Positions 18,318-25,468 of a stretch of DNA of 50,779 nucleotides are shown in pieces. Origin of the DNA: Polyangiales bacterium (lineage in GTDB: Bacteria > Myxococcota_A > Polyangia > Polyangiales > Houyiibacteriaceae); contig JBGCFM010000005.1 of the NCBI GenBank assembly GCA_045106895.1, positions 1-50,779 of the forward strand, in the 5' to 3' direction. The position numbers and the translations under genes are program-made. The notes below the pieces were generated by a model. That model saw only the letters and a program-made list of their open reading frames with translations. It did no database searches and had not been told where the DNA came from. Positions within the stretch are counted from its first letter, which is position 1, and every line of letters starts with the position of its first letter.

Positions 18318-18914
18318 GTGCGACTACGACGAACGCGTGTAGAAGGAGCACTTTCGCTCATTGAAGGAAGCCTCGCCGTTGGCCTCATCGGCACCTTCCT
18401 CGCCGTGTTCATTCCTACGTTCTTTCGTGAAATCCACACGTCGAAGGTCGCCGAAGCAACCGACATGATGGAGCTCATCGCTGAGCGTGCGGGGGCCTAC
18501 TACAACACCTCCCACGAAACCGGGCGTGGTTCTCGACGCAGGTGCCTTCCTGGACCCGCGGGTCCAACGCCGCCCTTGCCCAGCGAAGATCCCGTAGCCG
18601 TCGAGTTCACTCAGCCACCAACGCTTCCTGACCCCGAAGTGGAGGTAGAGGACATGGAACCGGGCATCGGCACGGAGACCTGGCTCGCCATCGGTCTGAG
18701 CACGGAACGAGAGCTTCGCTTCGCATATACCTTTGAGCCGTCCCGTGCAGGGTGTGGCGTCATGGCCCGAGAAGGCGAGCCGCTGTTCGTCGTCCGAGCC
18801 AATGGGGACTTGGACGGCGATGGTGAACACTCAACCTTCGAACAGGGATATCGGGTCCGCCGCGGAAACGTCGAGGCCTTTGGCGTGCTTCACGTACGCC
18901 GCCGCGTGGAGTAG
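18318..18914 (+). CDS. Atypical pilin-like protein
   Basis: GTG 18318: MRLRRTRVEGA|LSLIEGSLAVGLIGTFLAVFIPTF...SKVAEA...RCLP...ANGDLDGDG, the same scaffold as the neighbouring pilins. Confidence 0.7.
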   Translation: MRLRRTRVEGALSLIEGSLAVGLIGTFLAVFIPTFFREIHTSKVAEATDMMELIAERAGAYYNTSHETGRGSRRRCLPGPAGPTPPLPSEDPVAVEFTQPPTLPDPEVEVEDMEPGIGTETWLAIGLSTERELRFAYTFEPSRAGCGVMAREGEPLFVVRANGDLDGDGEHSTFEQGYRVRRGNVEAFGVLHVRRRVE

Positions 18915-18930
18915 TAGCGCTTCGCTTTCA

Positions 18931-19014
18931 CTTAGCCGTGAACGCGAACGAACCTTGTTCGGCCGACACGGCTAAGACTGACACACCAGTTCTAGAACTG
19001 CTGAGGCCCCAGCA
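18931..19014. terminator. Hairpin cluster between convergent genes (possible bidirectional terminator)
   Basis: CTTAGCCGTG...CACGGCTAAG 10-bp perfect inverted repeat (18931-18976) and 14-bp palindrome CAGTTCTAGAACTG (18987-19000). Confidence 0.4.
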
Positions 19015-21621
19015 CTAGTTGGGCGAGAGGGTCTCGATGACCCGTGTGTTCTCACCAGCTCGCACCGTGATGGTTTTGGTGACGCTGATGTTGAAGTCCG
19101 GGTTCACGAAACGGATTCGATGTCGCCCCGAAGAGAGCGTGAGCCCTCGTTGCGGCGTGTTTCCGACGCGCCGGCCATCGATGTACACCTCGGACCACGG
19201 GCGCGTGTTGATATCGACGGTTCCAGTTCCTGTGGCGACGGGCGTCATCATGACCGTCATCACTGGGGTCATGACGGGATTCATGACCGTGGTATCCGGC
19301 GGTCTGACGTACATCGTCCGCGTCATGTTCGTGGTGATACGACCGGCTCGCTCGAGCTGAGCGGTGATGGTGAGGGTGGTTCGACCATCGGGAATTCGCA
19401 GCGGTTCGCTCCAGTCGTCGTGCCCGCGAAGCGACATCTCAACGGTCCATCGCTCGCCTGAAACATCGACGTCCTCTTCCAGCGGCGTGCGCCCGAGGGA
19501 AACGCGTTCCGCGCCTCGGACGAGCGTGACGGAAGCTCCGCTTGGTTCGGAACGGAAGCGTGTCGCGATCTCTGCGACGCCGAGAGGTGCGTCGAGATCG
19601 ACGACGGCACCCGCGGCGACCTCGACCGCGCGCTGCCAGGCGGCGCGACCCGAGAGCTCCGCGCGAATGGTGTGGGAGCCCGGGCTCAAGTCCGTCACCC
19701 GGATCGGCGTCGTACCGGGCAACTGACGCCCATCGACGAATACCGTCGCACCCGGCGGCACGGTCGTGAGGGCGAAGCCGGTTTCCGTGGGGGCCTCTTC
19801 GTCGGACTCCAGCACCACTGTCATGGTCCGCAGTTCGCCGGAGGTCACCTGAACCTGCTGGCTGCTCGACTCGAAGTCCGTCTTACGAACACTGACCAAG
19901 TGGACCGTGTCAGGCGTCACGTCTTCGATGACGAAGGTGCCGTTCGACTGCGCTTGAATCGGCGCGTCATCAAAGAACACAACGGCGCCAGCGGGTTGCG
20001 TCGTGAGCACAATCGTTCCTGGACTCGACGGCCAGTAGGCGAATGCGGCTCCAAGGATGATCAGCAAAGCCACGGCGGCGGCGATAAGAATCGGCCCCTT
20101 TTTGGACTTCTCCTCTTGCGGCTTCTGAGTGACCGCGGTCGGCTCGCGTGGTTGGAGGCTCGGAGCGGCCTGCCCACCACTCGGCGCATCGAAAGGACTC
20201 GGCTGCGCCGGGGTGTCAAAGGGAGCGGGCTGTCCGGCGCTCGCCCCGGAGAATGGCATCGGCGCGGCCGCTGCAGAACCGAAAGACGGACGCGGGGCGG
20301 CGGTTTGCGCTGAAGCGAGGTCTCCATGGTTCGAGCCGTAGCTGGGTGCCGGGCTTGAGACCGGCGCGGGGCGTGGCCCGCCGCTCCTTGGATGTGTCGA
20401 TGCCGTTGGAGTGCCAAGGAGGTCCTCGGGCTTATCGTAGATCTGGGTAGCGAGCTCGTCCTCGTCCCAGTCCATGTCGAATGCAGGAGTCGACGGCGTG
20501 GAACTCGGTGCACCTCCAAGAGGCCCCTGACCAAGAAGCGTGCGCTTCGCAGGCGCCGGCGGCGGCGGCGGCGGCTTGGACACAGCGGGGAGAGACTGCC
20601 GCGGCGGTGGCGGCGGTGTCGGAGGAGGACGCGAACCGATGGGAGGTGGCGCCTTCACATGACGGTACTGCTCGTCACGGATTTCCTCTTTTTGAATCTC
20701 CTCGGACCACATCTTCCGCATGTGGCCCGCGAGGTCTTTGCGCGCGAAGAAGTTGCCGCTTGTGTACATGAAGGACTGCAGGTCGTCATGCAGGTCCATC
20801 GCGGTCTGGTAGCGGTCCTCGACGTCCTTCGCGAGGGCCTTGAGGACGATCTGCTCAAGCTCTTCCGGGATCTTCCGGTTGTAAGTGCTCGGGGGCATGA
20901 TCTCGACGTTGCGTACTTTCTCCAAGGTGGAGAAATCGCTCTCGCCCACAAAGAGCCGTTCGCCCGTCAGCAGTTCATACAAGCAGATGCCCATCGCGAA
21001 GACGTCGCTTCGGCGGTCGAGAGGAAGACCCCTCACCTGCTCCGGCGACATGTAGCCGAACTTCCCCTTGAGGATGCCGGCTTGGGTCTTACCAGCCTTG
21101 TTGGCGGCCTTGGCGATGCCAAAGTCGATGAGCTTGATCTCGCCATCGTAGCTGACGAGGATGTTCTGCGGTGAGACGTCGCGGTGAACTAGGCGCAGGT
21201 CGCGCCCCGTCGAGTCACGTTTGTTGTGTGCGTAATCCAGGCCTTCGCAGACCTTCATCACGACGTATGACGCCATCGACACGGGGACGGACTGGCCGCG
21301 CTTGCCGAGCCGATCGAAAATCGCGCGCATGTCCTTGCCGCGCACGAACTCCATCGCGATGAAGTAGCTGTCCGCGACCTTCCCAAGGTCGAAAATAGAA
21401 GCGATGTTCGCGTGCGTCAGCTGCACCGAGATCTTCGCCTCATCGATGAACATCGTGATGAACTCTTGGTCCTCGGCGATGCTCGGAAGAATCCGCTTCA
21501 GCGCGACAAGACGTTCGAAGCCCTCGACGCCAAAAGCCTTGGCCTTGAACACCTCGGCCATGCCGCCGACGTTTACTCGCTCAAGTAGGAGATACTTGCC
21601 GAAGGGGATGGGCTTCTTCAC
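19015..21621 (-). CDS. Membrane Ser/Thr protein kinase with periplasmic PEGA domains
   Basis: GGMAEVF, VALK, HRDVSPQN, DFG, YMSPEQ, Pro-rich linker, TM helix, PEGA repeats (T.PPGATVFVDG). Start GTG 21621 with AGGA upstream. Confidence 0.9.
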   Translation of the reverse strand: MKKPIPFGKYLLLERVNVGGMAEVFKAKAFGVEGFERLVALKRILPSIAEDQEFITMFIDEAKISVQLTHANIASIFDLGKVADSYFIAMEFVRGKDMRAIFDRLGKRGQSVPVSMASYVVMKVCEGLDYAHNKRDSTGRDLRLVHRDVSPQNILVSYDGEIKLIDFGIAKAANKAGKTQAGILKGKFGYMSPEQVRGLPLDRRSDVFAMGICLYELLTGERLFVGESDFSTLEKVRNVEIMPPSTYNRKIPEELEQIVLKALAKDVEDRYQTAMDLHDDLQSFMYTSGNFFARKDLAGHMRKMWSEEIQKEEIRDEQYRHVKAPPPIGSRPPPTPPPPPRQSLPAVSKPPPPPPAPAKRTLLGQGPLGGAPSSTPSTPAFDMDWDEDELATQIYDKPEDLLGTPTASTHPRSGGPRPAPVSSPAPSYGSNHGDLASAQTAAPRPSFGSAAAAPMPFSGASAGQPAPFDTPAQPSPFDAPSGGQAAPSLQPREPTAVTQKPQEEKSKKGPILIAAAVALLIILGAAFAYWPSSPGTIVLTTQPAGAVVFFDDAPIQAQSNGTFVIEDVTPDTVHLVSVRKTDFESSSQQVQVTSGELRTMTVVLESDEEAPTETGFALTTVPPGATVFVDGRQLPGTTPIRVTDLSPGSHTIRAELSGRAAWQRAVEVAAGAVVDLDAPLGVAEIATRFRSEPSGASVTLVRGAERVSLGRTPLEEDVDVSGERWTVEMSLRGHDDWSEPLRIPDGRTTLTITAQLERAGRITTNMTRTMYVRPPDTTVMNPVMTPVMTVMMTPVATGTGTVDINTRPWSEVYIDGRRVGNTPQRGLTLSSGRHRIRFVNPDFNISVTKTITVRAGENTRVIETLSPN

Positions 21622-21736
21622 GTTCCTGGCGTCCTCAACAGCATGATTTTCCTCAGCGAATCGGCGAACCATACCCGTAAAACCAGTGATTCTTCAAGGT
21701 ATGGGTGTGGAAGAAACCGCAATTCTGTCGAATCCT

Positions 21737-24361
21737 TCATGGTGATCCCGAATCTCCGGGGTCCGGGGCCGTAAAACGCGGACTTCCTTCTCCCCGTATA
21801 TACCTTACACGGGTGTCCTGCATTCGGCCCCAATACATGTAGGGACGTGGCTCAACATCTGGGAAAAGCACCTCTGCGGCTGGGCGCTCCTGAGCAACGA
21901 AGCCGAGCGATGTCGCGGGGTTCACCTCGCGCTCGTAGGCGTCTGGGCCCGCGGTCTGTTCTCCGACCACAAACGCCAAACGGATCGTCTCCGGCAGACC
22001 GATCACGGATCCAGCCGTTGCATTCTCCAGAAGCGCCGCCACACCCTCTCCTTCTCCGTACACCAGGAAACCATCACCATCGACGCCGATCCCCGCGGTG
22101 TCCGATGGCTGAATGGGGTCCCCTGCGAGGATGACACGCGCATCTTGAGGCGCCTGGCCCACGCCGTAGCGGCGTCCGATGAGCTGGCTTTCGGCGTAGA
22201 GAGTCACGGTCCCGGTCAGCGCCGAAGCCGCTTCCGTCAGATAGGCGAGCATGGTTGGCGTCGCCGATTCCGTCCCATCGAGCAAAGGCGCAGCGATAGC
22301 TCGCGTGGGATCGATGCGAACGAGGTAGGTCTCGTCGACCTGCGCACGGGCGAAGGCATGAGGCCAGCCAGCGTGAGGAAGCCCCGTCGTGTCGAAAGCG
22401 AGCGCCTCACCGTCCACGTCCAGATCGGGACCTGGCAAGAGGGGCCGCTGGGTCAGGTAGAAGAAGTCACGCGGATCCTGGCGAATGTAACGAGGGAAAC
22501 GCATCGGCGTCATCGAGCGCGCGAGCAGGCGCCCACGGGCGGTCCAACCTCGCGCACGGGGGACATCGACCTGAAACTCAAAGTCCGAGGTGGGTCGGCG
22601 TTCCAGCTCCGGGAGCTCTTCCGTCGGCATGACGTTGTAGAACTCAAAAGCGGTGTGCCGTTGGTTCATGTCCAAGTGAACACCGCGGGTGCAGCGCGTC
22701 GCCTTCATGGCTTCGCCAAGCTCGTCGGCACCCATCGATTTGCCCCAGAAGTAGGCCATGAACCCCTCTTCCGTGAGGCAGATGCCCGAGCGGTCGATGT
22801 AAGCCTGCTCTTCATCCCCTTGAGGCGCTGCGCCCCAGAACCAACGCCGCCAAGGGTTGATTCGGTCGCCTTCGATGACGCTCGTGAGGTTCTGACGAAA
22901 CTCCACCATATCTTCCGGGATCTGCCGGACAGCCCATGCCTCACGGTAGTGCCGAACGCCTTCCGGTGGGTCGGTCCAGGAGCCCATGGAGACGCGGCCG
23001 TCCTGATGAACGGCGACCGTCGCAGCCCAAGGTTTCGGCGGCAGGTAGACACGCCCACCTGCCATCATCCCGAATTCACCGTGCATAGACTGGAAGCCGC
23101 CGTTGAACCCTGCGACGACGCGGGACAGCGTTTCTGGGTCTCGTGGGACCATTCCGCTTCCCGTCGCGCCGGTTGCGCTCTCTGGTTCTCGCGTACCTGT
23201 CATGACCCGGAACTGCAAAGCACGCGGGTCCCAGATGACGACGTACACGCGGGTGAACGGGCGATCCGGATCGACCTGGAGGAACGTCGTATAGAACGCT
23301 GGAGGCGCGTTGGGGTACGAGCGGACGTAAGGATCATCGACGACAGCGACCCACTCGCCCTCGCCTCTGGCGGGACGCTGAACGACGGGCGTGAGCGTCG
23401 CCGGCGGCCACCCGAGTTCTGGGTCCGTGACGGCGAGCTCGGCGCGACGACGGGTCGCCTCCACGCTCATGTCCGTGATACCTAGCTCATCCGCGACTTC
23501 GGCCTCCGTGTCAGGCCCCCCGACCAGCGCGTAGTAGCCCCGCTGCAGAGCGTCCTTGATGGCGAACACGCGGTGCTCAAGCCACGCGATGGGCTCAGGA
23601 CCCACAAAGGAGAGGTCGCGCACCGAGTCGACGACCCAGGTCAGCGTTCCGGGCATTCCGCGTTCCAGGTCTTGAACCTCGATGAGCTCCTCCCCGCGCA
23701 AGGCACTCCCATTCGCCGGGTCGATTTCGAGGACGTTCGTGCCCACCGTCGCGATGAGCGTGTCGTCGGCCTGCAGACTCAAGGACTCCACCGGCTCCTG
23801 AAGGGAAAAGCGCACGCGCCCGAAGCCTTCGCGTCGGCCTGTGTCCTGGAAGTTCGTGATGCTGTTCTGGATCTTCGCGCGGCGCGGCCAATCTTGCGTC
23901 AACGACTCGGACTCTCCGCGGTGGTCGACGAGCGTCACAGCGTCGAACTGACCGCTGACGTAGGACGCGTACGCAACATGACCCTCGCCCACGAGCACAA
24001 GCTGCTGTTCGTCGGCGCTGGAGGTGCGCGTCAGGTTTCGAAGGTTTCGGTAGCTGAGAACGCTGCCTCCGCTCCCGACCCGGAATTCGACGAAGAAGAG
24101 GTCCCGGGGAGCCTCCGGGCTCACCCGCCCCAAAAAGAGCGCGTCCGTATAACGAAAAGGGCCGCCTGTCTCCATGAGGAGCAGTGATTCTTGATCGACG
24201 AGGATCTCGGCCTCAAGAGCCTCCGCGGCGCTGGCCTCCACGCTCCCAGCAGACGCGAAGTCCGTCGAGGTGAACGCGCCAACGAGCACCAGCGCGCAGG
24301 CGGCTAGGAATACTCGCGAACGCTCACGAAAATAGGCCTTGAGTCGGGATTGAGACTTCAT
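21737..24361 (-). CDS. Large exported/membrane protein with a phosphodiester glycosidase (NAGPA/DUF2233)-like domain
   Basis: N-terminal hydrophobic segment; AGFNGGF, RSGICLTEEG, ELGEAMKATRCTRGVHLDMN resemble NAGPA-family motifs. Confidence 0.55.
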   Translation of the reverse strand: MKSQSRLKAYFRERSRVFLAACALVLVGAFTSTDFASAGSVEASAAEALEAEILVDQESLLLMETGGPFRYTDALFLGRVSPEAPRDLFFVEFRVGSGGSVLSYRNLRNLTRTSSADEQQLVLVGEGHVAYASYVSGQFDAVTLVDHRGESESLTQDWPRRAKIQNSITNFQDTGRREGFGRVRFSLQEPVESLSLQADDTLIATVGTNVLEIDPANGSALRGEELIEVQDLERGMPGTLTWVVDSVRDLSFVGPEPIAWLEHRVFAIKDALQRGYYALVGGPDTEAEVADELGITDMSVEATRRRAELAVTDPELGWPPATLTPVVQRPARGEGEWVAVVDDPYVRSYPNAPPAFYTTFLQVDPDRPFTRVYVVIWDPRALQFRVMTGTREPESATGATGSGMVPRDPETLSRVVAGFNGGFQSMHGEFGMMAGGRVYLPPKPWAATVAVHQDGRVSMGSWTDPPEGVRHYREAWAVRQIPEDMVEFRQNLTSVIEGDRINPWRRWFWGAAPQGDEEQAYIDRSGICLTEEGFMAYFWGKSMGADELGEAMKATRCTRGVHLDMNQRHTAFEFYNVMPTEELPELERRPTSDFEFQVDVPRARGWTARGRLLARSMTPMRFPRYIRQDPRDFFYLTQRPLLPGPDLDVDGEALAFDTTGLPHAGWPHAFARAQVDETYLVRIDPTRAIAAPLLDGTESATPTMLAYLTEAASALTGTVTLYAESQLIGRRYGVGQAPQDARVILAGDPIQPSDTAGIGVDGDGFLVYGEGEGVAALLENATAGSVIGLPETIRLAFVVGEQTAGPDAYEREVNPATSLGFVAQERPAAEVLFPDVEPRPYMYWGRMQDTRVRYIRGEGSPRFTAPDPGDSGSP

Positions 24362-24571
24362 CGCTTCTACAACAGCGCAAACGCAGCTGGGATTTCCGAC
24401 CTAGCAGTCCCCAGGGCCAGTTCAACCACCGGCTTTCGCGAAAAGAAAACCACCCTATCCAGGTGATTCTTTGTGCACAAATCGGAGGCTGCGGCTGCGG
24501 GAAGCCTCTGCTATGGGTCCGCCGTGGTGCGTCGCACCTTTCCGCAGATGGCGGAAAACACGAGGTTTCGA

Positions 24572-25468
24572 ATGACTCTTCTTTCTCCGCGCTCGATGGC
24601 TCTTGCCCTCATCCTCTCTGCGTCCTTCCTCTTTCCAGCTGCCCTGGAGGCCCAGCGTCGCCGACGCGCAGCGGCTGGGGATGATTCGCCACGCGTCGTG
24701 GCGACCCTCGCGGATCTGGATCGATTGACCCAGGAACTCGGCTCCGCCGACGACGATGTGACACGCGCAGCGATCGATTCGCTGCAGGTCATCGACCATC
24801 CCCGAATCGTTCCGCCTCTCGCAGCGCTTCTTCGTTCTGGTCGCTCGGATCTCGTCGTCGACAAAGCGCTCAATGCGCTTGGCGGACTTGGCCACGCGAG
24901 CGCCATTGAAGTCCTCACGGAGTTCACCAACCACCGGCGAGCGAGCGCTCGACGGCGCGCTTTCCAGGCGCTCTCGGCCATCTCGGACAGCCGGGTTCCC
25001 GCCATCATCGAACGCGGGCTTCGTGATTCGGACCGCTCCGTTCGCGGTGTTGCGGCGCTGGCCCTCGGTGAGATCGGCGCCAGCGACTCACTCGAGACGC
25101 TCTTTCACGCCCTCGAGCGCAACGTCATCGAAGCCGCGATCGCCATCGGCAAGCTGGGCGACGCGGCATCCATCACACGCTTCGACGGGTTCCTCGGCAA
25201 TGAGCCCCTCGGCGTCATGCTCTCGGGCTACGACGAGTACCTCCGCCGCACGGATGTACCCATCGAAGCCAAAACCGGCATCGTCGAGCGTTTGGGCGAG
25301 ACGGCGGGCGTCATGGTTCGCCAGTTCTTGCAGAACTACCTCCGGTGGTTCCCGACTCGAACGCGCAACCGGGAGCTCATCGCTCTGCGGGACCTGGTCA
25401 ACGAGACCATTCAGACGATTCCTGAGACCAGCAGTGGCACGACGATCCGGAACGGAGCTGCCCAATGA
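24572..25468 (+). CDS. Exported HEAT-repeat protein
   Basis: Signal peptide (LALILSASFLFPAALEA|Q) and HEAT/PBS repeats such as LRDSDRSVRGVAALALGEIG. Start ATG 24572 with GAGG upstream. Confidence 0.75.
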   Translation: MTLLSPRSMALALILSASFLFPAALEAQRRRRAAAGDDSPRVVATLADLDRLTQELGSADDDVTRAAIDSLQVIDHPRIVPPLAALLRSGRSDLVVDKALNALGGLGHASAIEVLTEFTNHRRASARRRAFQALSAISDSRVPAIIERGLRDSDRSVRGVAALALGEIGASDSLETLFHALERNVIEAAIAIGKLGDAASITRFDGFLGNEPLGVMLSGYDEYLRRTDVPIEAKTGIVERLGETAGVMVRQFLQNYLRWFPTRTRNRELIALRDLVNETIQTIPETSSGTTIRNGAAQ

